Source: the human T2T-CHM13v2.0 reference genome, Homo sapiens. From it: 64,000 bases of DNA. Every line of letters starts with the position of its first letter. Positions within the stretch are counted from its first letter, which is position 1. Of the stretch, positions 46,717-60,991 are shown piece after piece. The stretch spans positions 32,000,001-32,064,000 of the forward strand of contig CP086569.2 of the NCBI GenBank assembly GCA_009914755.4. Direction: 5' to 3'. A model generated the notes under the pieces. The model saw only the letters and a list, made by a program, of their open reading frames with translations. It ran no database searches and was not told the origin of the DNA. Made by a program: the position numbers and the translations under genes.

Positions 46717-49700
46717 CTCCTTTGGAATGGTGTAGTATGCAATGCAATCGACTGGCAGGGAATCAAAAGGAATGTAATGGAATGGACTGGACTGGAATGC
46801 AATGGACTCGAATAGATTGGAAACGGAATGCAAAGGAATGGAATGGAATAGTATGGAATGGAATGGAAAGGAATGGAGTGGAATAGACTAGAGTGGAATG
46901 GAATGGACTGGAAAGCAATGGACTGGAATGGAACTTTCTTGAATGGACTGGAATCAAACGGAATGGAATGCAATGCAATCAAATGGCATGGAATAAAATA
47001 GAATGAAAGAGAATCAAATGGAATTGAATCGAATGGAATCGAATGGATTGGAAAGGAATAGAATGGAATGGAATGGAATTGACTCAAATGGAATGGACTA
47101 GAATGGAATGGATTCGAATGGAAGGCAAAGGAATGGAATCTATTGGAATGGACTGTAATGGAATGGAATGGAAGGGATTGGAATGGACTCGAATGGAATG
47201 GACTGCAATAGAAAGGATTCGAATGGAATGAAAAAGAATTGAATGGAATAGAACAGAATGGAATCAAATCGAATGAAATGGAATGGAATAGAAAGGAATG
47301 GAATGAAATGGAATGGAAAGGATTCGAATGGAATGCAATCGAATGGAATGGAATCGAACGGAATGGAATAAAATGGAAGAAAACTGGCAAGAAATGGAAT
47401 CGAAATGAATGGAGTGTTATGGAACGGACTCAAAAGGAATTGAATGTAATAGAATGGAGTGGAGTGGACTCGAATATAATGGACTGGAATGGAATGAAAT
47501 CACATGGAATGGGAACGAATGGAATGGAATGGAAAGGAATGGAATCAAATGGAAAGGAATCGAATGGAAGGGAATGCAATTGAATCAACAGGAATGGAAG
47601 AGAATAGAATAGACGGTAATGGAATGGACTCGAATAGAATGGACACGAATGCTCAAATTGAATGGACTCGAATGGAATGGAAACGAAAGGAATGTCATCG
47701 AATGGAATTGAATCGATTGGAATGAAATCGCATAGAATGGAGTGGAATCAAATGGAATTGAATCGAAAGGAAAGGAAGCCAATGGACTGAAATGAAATGG
47801 AATGGAATTGAATGGAAAGTAATGCAATGGAATAGAATGGAACGAAATTTCACGGAATGGAATCAAACTGAATGGAATCAAATCAATGGAATCAAATCAA
47901 ATGGAATGGAAAGGAATTTAGTGGAGTAGATTGGATTGGATGGGATTGGAATGAAATGTACTGGAAAGGACTCGAATTTCATGAAACGGAATGGAATGAA
48001 TTGGAACGGAATGGACTCGAATGGAATGGAATGTCATGGAATGGCATCAAATGGAATGGCATCAAATGGAATGGAATCGAATGCAATGGAATGCTATGGA
48101 ATGGAATAGAATGCATTGGAATGGAATGTCCTCTAATGGAATGGATTCGAGTGGAATGGAATCGAATATAATGGAGTCGAATGAAATGGAATTGAAAGGA
48201 ATGGGATCGAATACAATGGAATATAATGGAATGTAATGTAATGAACTCGAATGTAATTGACTGGAATGGAATGTACATGAATGGAATGTAATCGAATGGA
48301 AAGTAATCCAATGGAATAGAATCTAATGCAATAAAATCGAGCAGATAGAGTAGAATGTAATGGAATGGAGTGCAGTGCAATGGAATGGATTGGAATGGAA
48401 TGCAATGGAATGGAATGGAATGGAATGGAATGGAATGGAATGGGATGGAATGGGATGGAATGGTATGGAATGGATAGTAATGGACTGGAGTGAAATGGAC
48501 TGGAAAGGAATGGACTCAAATTGAAAGGGCTCGAAAGGAATGGAGTCAAATGTAATGGTCTGGAATGGAATGAACACGAATGTAATGCAATCCAATAGAA
48601 TGGAATCGAATGGCATGGAATATAAAGAAATGGAATCGAAGAGAATGGAAACAAATGGAATGGAATTGAATGGAATGGAATTGAATGGAATGGGAAGGAA
48701 TGGAGTGAAATTGTATGCAGTAGAAGAGAATAGAATGGAATGCAAGCGAAAGGAAAGGAATGGATTGGAATGGAATGGAACTCATTGGAATGGAAGGGAA
48801 TGTAGTGTAATGGACAGGCCTGGAATAAAGTGGAAAGCTACGGTCTCGAATGGAATAAAAATATATGGAATGGCATGCAATGAAACGGAATCGAATGTCA
48901 TAGAATGCAATGGAATGCAAAAACATGGAATCCAAAATCATTGACTGGAAAGGCTGGGTGTCGAAAGGAATTGACTCCAATGGAATGGAATCGAATGGAA
49001 TGGAAGTGAATAGAATCGAACTAAATCGAATGGAATGGAATTGATAGGAACGGAATGGAAAGGAATGCAATGATTTGGCATGGAATGGAATCGAATGGCA
49101 TCGAATGGAATGGAATGGAATGCAATGGAATGGAATGTATTAGAATGTAATGAACTTTAATGGAATGTACTCGAATGGATTCGACTGGAATGGAATGTTC
49201 TGGAAGTGAATGGACTCCAATGGAATGGATTCAAAAGGAATGGAATCGTACGGAATGGAATCTAATGGAATGGAATTAAATGGAAATGAATCAAATTGAA
49301 TAGCACGGAATTGAATTGAATGGAATCGAATGCAATGGAATCTAATGAAACGGAAAGGAAAGGAATGGAATGGAATGGAATGGGCTGGAATGGAAAGGAA
49401 TCGAAACGAATGGAATGGAATCGAACTGAAGAGACTGGAATGGAATGCACTGGAATGGAAGGGAGTGTAATGGAAGGTTCTCGAAAAAAATGGAATCGAA
49501 TGGAATGGAATTGAATGGAACGGAATAGAGTCGAATGGAATTGAATGGAATGGAATGGACTAGAGTGAAATGGAATCGAACCACAAGGAATGGACAGGAA
49601 TAGAATGGTCTCGAATTGAATGGAATCGTATGGAATGCAATCAAACGGAATGGAATGGACAGCCACGGAATGGAATGCACTCGAATGCAATGGAGTCGAA

Positions 49701-50284
49701 ACTAATGGACTGGAATAGAATGGACTCGACTGGTACGGACTCCAATGGAATGGAATCGAATGGAAGGGAATCGAACGGAATGGACTCGAAGGGAAAAGAC
49801 TGCAATGGAAAGGTCTCGAATGGAATGGAAATTAATGGAATGGAATGGAATCGAATGAAATGGAGTCAAAAGGAATGGAATCGAATGGCAAGAAATCGAA
49901 TGTAATGGAATCGCAAGGAATTGATGTGAACGGAACGGAATGGAATGGAATCCAAAGGAATGGAATAGAATGGAATGGAATCGAATGGAAAGGACTCGAA
50001 TGGAAATCACTCGAATAGAATGCAATTTAATAAAATAGGATCAAATGTAATGGAATGGAATGGAAAGGAATCGAAACGAAAGGAATGGAGACAGATGGAA
50101 TGGAATGGAACAGAGAGCAATGGTATAGAATGGAACGGAATCATCTGGAATGGAATTGAATGGAATGGAATAATATGAAATGGAATGGAATGGAATGGAA
50201 TGGAATGCCCTTGAATTAAATGGACTGGAATGGAATGGACTCGAACAGAGTGGAATGGAAAGTGTTGAGATAGAATGGAATGGA
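46717..50284 (+). repeat. HSat3 higher-order unit 9 (3568 bp), 3569-bp family
   Basis: 305-aa artefactual ORF 46473-47390 recurs at 50041, 57179 and 60748. Confidence 0.8.
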
Positions 50285-53200
50285 CTCCTTTGGAATGGTG
50301 TAGTATGCAATGCAATCGACTGGCAGGGAATCAAAAGGAATGTAATCGAATGGATTGGACTGGAATGCAATGGACTCGAATAGATTGCAAACGGAATGCA
50401 AAGGAATGGAATGGAATAGTATGGAATGGAATGGAAAGGAATGGAGTGGAATAGACTAGAGTGGAATGGAATGGACTGGAAAGCAATGGACTGGAATGGA
50501 ACTTTCTTGAATGGACTGGAATCAAACGGAATGGAATGCAATGCAATCAAATGGCATGGAATAAAATAGAATGAAAGAGAATCAAATGGAATTGAATCGA
50601 ATGGAATCGAATGGATTGGAAAGGAATAGAATGGAATGGAATGGAATTGACTCAAATGGAATGGACTAGAATGGAATGGATTCGAATGGAAGGCAAAGGA
50701 ATGGAATCTATTGGAATGGACTGTAATGGAATGGAATGGAAGGGATTGGAATGGACTCGAATGGAATGGACTGCAATAGAAAGGATTCGAATGGAATGAA
50801 AAAGAATTGAATGGAATAGAACAGAATGGAATCAAATCGAATGAAATGGAATGGAATAGAAAGGAATGGAATGAAATGGAATGGAAAGGATTCGAATGGA
50901 ATGCAATCGAATGGAATGGAATCGAACGGAATGGAATAAAATGGAAGAAAACTGGCAAGAAATGGAATCGAAATGAATGGAGTGTTATGGAACGGACTCA
51001 AAAGGAATTGAATGTAATAGAATGGAGTGGAGTGGACTCGAATATAATGGACTGGAATGGAATGAAATCACATGGAATGGGAACGAATGGAATGGAATGG
51101 AAAGGAATGGAATCGAATGGAAAGGAATCGAATGGAAGGGAATGAAATTGAATCAACAGGAATGGAAGAGAATAGAATAGACGGTAATGGAATGGACTCG
51201 AATAGAATGGACACGAATGCTCAAATTGAATGGACTCGAATGGAATGGAAACGAAAGGAATGTCATCGAATGGAATTGAATCGATTGGAATGAAATCGCA
51301 TAGAATGGAGTGGAATCAAATGGAATTGAATCGAAAGGAAAGGAAGCCAATGGACTGAAATGAAATGGAATGGAATTGAATGGAAAGTAATGCAATGGAA
51401 TAGAATGGAACGAAATTTCACGGAATGGAATCAAACTGAATGGAATCAAATCAATGGAATCAAATCAAATGGAATGGAAAGGAATTGAATGGAGTAGATT
51501 GGATTGGATGGGATTGGAATGAAATGTACTGGAAAGGACTCGAATTTCATGAAACGGAATGGAATGAATTGGAACGGAATGGACTCGAATGGAATGGAAT
51601 GTCATGGAATGGCATCAAATGGAATGGCATCAAATGGAATGGAATCGAATGCAATGGAATGCTATGGAATGGAATGGAATGCATTGGAATGGAATGTCCT
51701 CTAATGGAATGGATTCGAGTGGAATGGAATCGAATATAATGGAGTCGAATGAAATGGAATTGAAAGGAGTGGGATCGAATACAACGGAATATACTGGAAT
51801 GTAATGTAATGAACTCGAATGTAATTGACTGGAATGGAATGTACATGAATGGAATGTAATCGAATGGAAAGTAATCCAATGGAATAGAATCTAATGCAAT
51901 AAAATCGACTCAGATAGAGTAGAATGTAATGGAATGGAGTGCAGTGCAATGGAATGGATTGGAATGGAATGCAATGGAATGGAATGGAATGGAATGGAAT
52001 GGAATGGAATGGGATGGAATGGGATGGAATGGTATGGAATGGATAGTAATGGACTGGAGTGAAATGGACTGGAAAGGAATGGACTCAAATTGAAAGGGCT
52101 CGAAAGGAATGGAGTCAAATGTAATGGTCTGGAATGGAATGAACACGAATGTAATGCAATCCAATAGAATGGAATCGAATGGCATGGAATATAAAGAAAT
52201 GGAATCGAAGAGAATGGAAACAAATGGAATGGAATTGAATGGAATGGAATTGAATGGAATGGGAACGAATGGAGTGAAATTGTATGCAGTAGAAGGGAAT
52301 AGAATGGAATGCAAGCGAAAGGAAAGGAATGGATTGGAATGGAATGGAACTCATTGGAATGGAAGGGAATGTAGTGTAATGGACAGGCCTGGAATAAAGT
52401 GGAAAGCTACGGTCTCGAATGGAATAAAAATATATGGAATGGAATGCAATGAAACGGAATCGAATGTCATAGAATGTAATGGAATGCAAAAAAATGGAAT
52501 CCAAAATCATTGACTGGAAAGGCTGGGTGTCGAAAGGAATTGACTCCAATGGAATGGAATCGAATGGAATGGAAGTGAATAGAATCGAACTAAATCGAAT
52601 GGAATGGAATTGATAGGAACGGAATGGAAAGGAATGCAATGATTTGGCATGGAATGGAATCGAATGGCATCGAATGGAATGGAATGGAATGCAATGGAAT
52701 GGAATGTATTAGAATGTAATGAACTTTAATGGAATGTACTCGAATGGATTCGACTGGAATGGAATGTTCTGGAAGTGAATGGACTCCAATGGAATGGATT
52801 CAAAAGGAATGGAATCGTACGGAATGGAATCTAATGGAATGCAATTAAATGGAAATGAATCAAATTGAATAGCACGGAATTGAATTGAATGGAATGGAAT
52901 GCAATGGAATCTAATGAAACGGAAAGGAAAGGAATGGAATGGAATGGAATGGGCTGGAATGGAAAGGAATCGAAACGAATGGAATGGAATCGAACTGAAG
53001 AGACTGGAATGGAATGCACTGGAATGGAAGGGAGTGTAATGGAAGGTTCTCGAAAAAAATGGAATCGAATGGAATGGAATTGAATGGAACGGAATAGAGT
53101 CGAATGGAATTGAATGGAATGGAATGGACTAGAGTGAAATGGAATCGAACCACAAGGAATGGACAGGAATAGAATGGTCTCGAATTGAATGGAATCGTAT

Positions 53201-53853
53201 GGAATGGCATCAAACGGAATGGAATGGACAGCCACGGAATGGAATGCACTCGAATGCAATGGAGTCGAAACTAATGGACTGGAATAGAATGGACTCGACT
53301 GGTACGGACTGCAATGGAATGGAATCGAATGGAAGGGAATCGAACGGAATGGACTCGAAGGGAAAAGACTGCAATGGAAAGGTCTCGAATGGAATGGAAA
53401 TTAATGGAATGGAATGGAATCGAATGAAATGGAGTCAAAAGGAATGGAATCGAATGGCAAGAAATCGAATGTAATGGAATCGCAAGGAATTGATGTGAAC
53501 GGAACGGAATGGAATGGAATCCAAAGGAATGGAATAGAATGGAATGGAATCGAATGGAAAGGACTCGAATGGAAATCACTCGAATAGAATGCAATTTAAT
53601 AAAATAGGATAAAATGTAATGGAATGGTATGGAAAGGAATCGAAACGAAAGGAATGGAGACAGATGGAATGGAATGGAACAGAGAGCAATGGTATAGAAT
53701 GGAATGGAATCATCTGGAATGGAATTGAATGGAATGGAATAATATGAAATGGAATGGAATGGAATGGAATGGAATGCCCTTGAATTAAATGGACTGGAAT
53801 GGAATGGACTCGAACAGAGTGGAATGGAAAGTGTTGAGATAGAATGGAATGGA
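50285..53853 (+). repeat. HSat3 higher-order unit 10 (3569 bp)
   Basis: Near-identical to unit 9. Confidence 0.8.
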
Positions 53854-56800
53854 CTCCTTTGGAATGGTGTAGTATGCAATGCAATCGACTGGCAGGGAAT
53901 CAAAAGGAATGTAATGGAATGGACTGGACTGGAATGCAATGGACTCGTATAGATTGGAAACGGAATGCAAAGGAATGGAATGGAATAGTATGGAATGGAA
54001 TGGAAAGGAATGGAGTGGAATAGACTAGAGTGGAATGGAATGGACTGGAAAGCAATGGACTGGAATGGAACTTTCTTGAATGGACTGGAATCAAACGGAA
54101 TGGAATGCAATGCAATCAAATGGCATGGAATAAAATAGAATGAAAGAGAATCAAATGGAATTGAATCGAATGGAATCGAATGGATTGGAAAGGAATAGAA
54201 TGGAATGGAATGGAATGGACTCAAATGGAATGGACTAGAATGGAATGGATTCGAATGGAAGGCAAAGGAATGGAATCTATTGGAATGGACTGTAATGGAA
54301 TGCAATGGAAGGGATTGGAATGGACTCGAATGGAATGGACTGCAATAGAAAGGATTCGAATGGAATGAAAAAGAATTGAATGGAATAGAACAGAATGGAA
54401 TCAAATCGAATGAAATGGAATGGAATAGAAAGGAATGGAATGAAATGGAATGGAAAGGATTCGAATGGAATGCAATCGAATGGAATGGAATCGAACGGAA
54501 TGGAATAAAATGGAAGAAAACTGGCAAGAAATGGAATCGAAATGAATGGAGTGTTATGGAACGGACTCAAAAGGAATTGAATGTAATAGAATGGAGTGGA
54601 GTGGACTCGAATATAATGGACTGGAATGGAATGAAATCACATGGAATGGGAACGAATGGAATGGAATGGAAAGGAATGGAATCGAATGGAAAGGAATCGA
54701 ATGGAAGGGAATGAAATTGAATCAACAGGAATGGAAGGGAATAGAATAGACGGTAATGGAATGGACTCGAATAGAATGGACACGAATGCTCAAATTGAAT
54801 GGACTCGAATGGAATGGAAACGAAAGGAATGTCATCGAATGGAATTGAATCGATTGGAATGAAATCGCATAGAATGGAGTGGAATCAAATGGAATTGAAT
54901 CGAAAGGAAAGGAAGCCAATGGACTGAAATGAAATGGAATGGAATTGAATGGAAAGTAATGCAATGGAATAGAATGGAACGAAATTTCACGGAATGGAAT
55001 CAAACTGAATGGAATCAAATCAATGGAATCAAATCAAATGGAATGGAAAGGAATTGAATGGAGTAGATTGGATTGGATGGGATTGGAATGAAATGTACTG
55101 GAAAGGACTCGAATTTCATGAAACGGAATGGAATGAATTAGAACGGAATGGACTCGAATGGAATGGAATGTCATGGAATGGCATCAAATGGAATGGCATC
55201 AAATGGAATGGAATCGAATGCAATGGAATGCTATGGAATGGAATGGAATGCATTGGAATGGAATGTCCTCTAATGGAATGGATTCGAGTGGAATGGAATC
55301 GAATATAATGGAGTCGAATGAAATGGAATTGAAAGGAATGGGATCGAATACAATGGAATATACTGGAATGTAATGTAATGAACTCGAATGTAATTGACTG
55401 GAATGGAATGTACATGAATGGAATGTAATCGAATGGAAAGTAATCCAATGGAATAGAATCTAATGCAATAAAATCGACTCAGATAGAGTAGAATGTAATG
55501 GAATGGAGTGCAGTGCAATGGAATGGATTGGAATGGAATGCAATGGAATGGAATGGAATGGAATGGAATGGAATGGAATGGGATGGAATGGGATGGAATG
55601 GTATGGAATGGATAGTAATGGACTGGAGTGAAATGGACTGGAAAGGAATTGACTCAAATTGAAAGGGCTCGAAAGGAATGGAGTCAAATGTAATGGTCTG
55701 GAATGGAATGAACACGAATGTAATGAAATCCAATAGAATGGAATCGAATGGCATGGAATATAAAGAAATGGAATCGAAGAGAATGGAAACAAATGGAATG
55801 GAATTGAATGGAATGGAATTGAATGGAATGGGAAGGAATGGAGTGAAATTGTATGCAGTAGAAGAGAATAGAATGGAATGCAAGCGAAAGGAAAGGAATG
55901 GATTGGAATGGAATGGAACTCATTGGAATGGAAGGGAATGTAGTGTAATGGACAGGCCTGGAATAAAGTGGAAAGCTACGGTCTCGAATGGAATAAAAAT
56001 ATATGGAATGGAATGCAATGAAACGGAATCGAATGTCATAGAATGCAATGGAATGCAAAAACATGGAATCCAAAATCATTGACTGGAAAGGCTGGGTGTC
56101 GAAAGGAATTGACTCCAATGGAATGGAATCGAATGGAATGGAAGTGAATAGAATCGAACTAAATCGAATGGAATGGAATTGATAGGAACGGAATGGAAAG
56201 GAATGCAATGATTTGGCATGGAATGGAATCGAATGGCATCGAATGGAATGGAATGGAATGCAATGGAATGGAATGTATTAGAATGTAATGAACTTTAATG
56301 GAATGTACTCGAATGGATTCGACTGGAATGGAATGTTCTGGAAGTGAATGGACTCCAATGGAATGGATTCAAAAGGAATGGAATCGTACGGAATGGAATC
56401 TAATGGAATGCAATTAAATGGAAATGAATCAAATTGAATAGCACGGAATTGAATTGAATGGAATGGAATGCAATGGAATCTAATGAAACGGAAAGGAAAG
56501 GAATGGAATGGAATGGAATGGGCTGGAATGGAAAGGAATCGAAACGAATGGAATGGAATCGAACTGAAGAGACTGGAATGGAATGCACTGGAATGGAAGG
56601 GAGTGTAATGGAAGGTTCTCGAAAAAAATGGAATCGAATGGAATGGAATTGAATGGAACGGAATAGAGTCGAATGGAATTGAATGGAATGGAATGGACTT
56701 GAGTGAAATGGAATCGAACCACAAGGAATGGACAGGAATAGAATGGTCTTGAATTGAATGGAATCGTATGGAATGGCATCAAACGGAATGGAATGGACAG

Positions 56801-57422
56801 CCACGGAATGGAATGCACTCGAATGCAATGGAGTCGAAACTAATGGACTGGAATAGAATGGACTCGACTGGTACGGACTGCAATGGAATGGAATCGAATG
56901 GAAGGGAATCGAACGGAATGGACTCGAAGGGAAAAGACTGCAATGGAAAGGTCTCGAATGGAATGGAAATTAATGGAATGGAATGGAATCGAATGAAATG
57001 GAGTCAAAAGGAATGGAATCGAATGGCAAGAAATCGAATGTAATGGAATCGCAAGGAATTGATGTGAACGGAACGGAATGGAATGGAATCCAAAGGAATG
57101 GAATAGAATGGAATGGAATCGAATGGAAAGGACTCGAATGGAAATCACTCGAATAGAATGCAATTTAATAAAATAGGATCAAATGTAATGGAATGGAATG
57201 GAAAGGAATCGAAACGAAAGGAATGGAGACAGATGGAATGGAATGGAACAGAGAGCAATGGTATAGAATGGAATGGAATCATCTGGAATGGAATTGAATG
57301 GAATGGAATAATATGAAATGGAATGGAATGGAATGGAATGGAATGCCCTTGAATTAAATGGACTGGAATGGAATGGACTCGAACAGAGTGGAATGGAAAG
57401 TGTTGAGATAGAATGGAATGGA
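53854..57422 (+). repeat. HSat3 higher-order unit 11 (3569 bp)
   Basis: Near-identical to unit 9. A lost stop fuses ORFs into the 418-aa artefact 53271-54527. Confidence 0.8.
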
Positions 57423-60400
57423 CTCCTTTGGAATGGTGTAGTATGCAATGCAATCGACTGGCAGGGAATCAAAAGGAATGTAATGGAATGGACTGGACTG
57501 GAATGCAATGGACTCGTATAGATTGGAAACGGAATGCAAAGGAATGGAATGGAATAGTATGGAATGGAATGGAAAGGAATGGAGTGGAATAGACTAGAGT
57601 GGAATGGAATGGACTGGAAAGCAATGGACTGGAATGGAACTTTCTTGAATGGACTGGAATCAAACGGAATGGAATGCAATGCAATCAAATGGCATGGAAT
57701 AAAATAGAATGAAAGAGAATCAAATGGAATTGAATCGAATGGAATCGAATGGATTGGAAAGGAATAGAATGGAATGGAATGGAATTGACTCAAATGGAAT
57801 GGACTAGAATGGAATGGATTCGAATGGAAGGCAAAGGAATGGAATCTATTGGAATGGACTGTAATGGAATGGAATGGAAGGGATTGGAATGGACTCGAAT
57901 GGAATGGACTGCAATAGAAAGGATTCGAATGGAATGAAAAAGAATTGAATGGAATAGAACAGAATGGAATCAAATCGAATGAAATGGAATGGAATAGAAA
58001 GGAATGGAATGAAATGGAATGGAAAGGATTCGAATGGAATGCAATCGAATGGAATGGAATCGAACGGAATGGAATAAAATGGAAGAAAACTGGCAAGAAA
58101 TGGAATCGAAATGAATGGAGTGTTATGGAACGGACTCAAAAGGAATTGAATGTAATAGAATGGAGTGGAGTGGACTCGAATATAATGGACTGGAATGGAA
58201 TGAAATCACATGGAATGGGAACGAATGGAATGGAATGGAAAGGAATGGAATCGAATGGAAAGGAATCGAATGGAAGGGAATGAAATTGAATCAACAGGAA
58301 TGGAAGGGAATAGAATAGACGGTAATGGAATGGACTCGAATAGAATGGACACGAATGCTCAAATTGAATGGACTCGAATGGAATGGAAACGAAAGGAATG
58401 TCATCGAATGGAATTGAATCGATTGGAATGAAATCGCATAGAATGGAGTGGAATCAAATGGAATTGAATCGAAAGGAAAGGAAGCCAATGGACTGAAATG
58501 AAATGGAATGGAATTGAATGGAAAGTAATGCAATGGAATAGAATGGAACGAAATTTCACGGGATGGAATCAAACTGAATGGAATCAAATCAATGGAATCA
58601 AATCAAATGGAATGGAAAGGAATTGAATGGAGTAGATTGGATTGGATGGGATTGGAATGAAATGTACTGGAAAGGACTCGAATTTCATGAAACGGAATGG
58701 AATGAATTGGAACGGAATGGACTCGAATGGAATGGAATGTCATGGAATGGCATCAAATGGAATGGCATCAAATGGAATGGAATCGAATGCAATGGAATGC
58801 TATGGAATGGAATGGAATGCATTGGAATGGAATGTCCTCTAATGGAATGGATTCGAGTGGAATGGAATCGAATATAATGGAGTCGAATGAAATGGAATTG
58901 AAAGGAATGGGATCGAATACAATGGAATATACTGGAATGTAATGTAATGAACTCGAATGTAATTGACTGGAATGGAATGTACATGAATGGAATGTAATCG
59001 AATGGAAAGTAATCCAATGGAATAGAATCTAATGCAATAAAATCGACTCAGATAGAGTAGAATGTAATGGAATGGAGTGCAGTGCAATGGAATGGATTGG
59101 AATGGAATGCAATGGAATGGAATGGAATGGAATGGAATGGAATGGAATGGGATGGAATGGGATGGAATGGTATGGAATGGATAGTAATGGACTGGAGTGA
59201 AATGGACTGGAAAGGAATGGACTCAAATTGAAAGGGCTCGAAAGGAATGGAGTCAAATGTAATGGTCTGGAATGGAATGAACACGAATGTAATGCAATCC
59301 AATAGAATGGAATCGAATGGCATGGAATATAAAGAAATGGAATCGAAGAGAATGGAAACAAATGGAATGGAATTGAATGGAATGGAATTGAATGGAATGG
59401 GAAGGAATGGAGTGAAATTGTATGCAGTAGAAGAGAATAGAATGGAATGCAAGCGAAAGGAAAGGAATGGATTGGAATGGAATGGAACTCATTGGAATGG
59501 AAGGGAATGTAGTGTAATGGACAGGCCTGGAATAAAGTGGAAAGCTACGGTCTCGAATGGAATAAAAATATATGGAATGGAATGCAATGAAACGGAATCG
59601 AATGTCATAGAATGTAATGGAATGCAAAAACATGGAATCCAAAATCATTGACTGGAAAGGCTGGGTGTCGAAAGGAATTGACTCCAATGGAATGGAATCG
59701 AATGGAATGGAAGTGAATAGAATCGAACTAAATCGAATGGAATGGAATTGATAGGAACGGAATGGAAAGGAATGCAATGATTTGGCATGGAATGGAATCG
59801 AATGGCATCGAATGGAATGGAATGGAATGCAATGGAATGGAATGTATTAGAATGTAATGAACTTTAATGGAATGTACTCGAATGGATTCGACTGGAATGG
59901 AATGTTCTGGAAGTGAATGGACTCCAATGGAATGGATTCAAAAGGAATGGAATCGTACGGAATGGAATCTAATGGAATGGAATTAAATGGAAATGAATCA
60001 AATTGAATAGCACGGAATTGAATTGAATGGAATGGAATGCAATGGAATCTAATGAAACGGAAAGGAAAGGAATGGAATGGAATGGAATGGGCTGGAATGG
60101 AAAGGAATCGAAACGAATGGAATGGAATCGAACTGAATAGACTGGAATGGAATGCACTGGAATGGAAGGGAGTGTAATGGAAGGTTCTCGAAAAAAATGG
60201 AATCGAATGGAATGGAATTGAATGGAACGGAATAGAGTCGAATGGAATTGAATGGAATGGAATGGACTAGAGTGAAATGGAATCGAACCACAAGGAATGG
60301 ACAGGAATAGAATGGTCTCGAATTGAATGGAATCGTATGGAATGGCATCAAACGGAATGGAATGGACAGCCACGGAATGGAATGCACTCGAATGCAATGG

Positions 60401-60991
60401 AGTCGAAACTAATGGACTGGAATAGAATGGACTCGACTGGTACGGACTGCAATGGAATGGAATCGAATGGAAGGGAATCGAACGGAATGGACTCGAAGGG
60501 AAAAGACTGCAATGGAAAGGTCTCGAATGGAATGGAAATTAATGGAATGGAATGGAATCGAATGAAATGGAGTCAAAAGGAATGGAATCGAATGGCAAGA
60601 AATCGAATGTAATGGAATCGCAAGGAATTGATGTGAACGGAACGGAATGGAATGGAATCCAAAGGAATGGAATAGAATGGAATGGAATCGAATGGAAAGG
60701 ACTCGAATGGAAATCACTCGAATAGAATGCAATTTAATAAAATAGGATCAAATGTAATGGAATGGAATGGAAAGGAATCGAAACGAAAGGAATGGAGACA
60801 GATGGAATGGAATGGAACAGAGAGCAATGGTATAGAATGGAATGGAATCATCTGGAATGGAATTGAATGGAATGGAATAATATGAAATGGAATGGAATGG
60901 AATGGAATGGAATGCCCTTGAATTAAATGGACTGGAATGGAATGGACTCGAACAGAGTGGAATGGAAAGTGTTGAGATAGAATGGAATGGA
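57423..60991 (+). repeat. HSat3 higher-order unit 12 (3569 bp)
   Basis: Near-identical to unit 9. Confidence 0.8.

Noticed and set aside
53271-54527. 418-aa ORF, and the 270-305-aa ORFs at 21661, 35881, 46473, 50041, 57179, 60748
   Set aside because: Translations are monotonous IPFHS/FHSIP pentapeptide repeats from the stop-free (ATTCC)n strand. Length varies only because single substitutions create or remove stops (the 418-aa one is two neighbours fused). Not genes.
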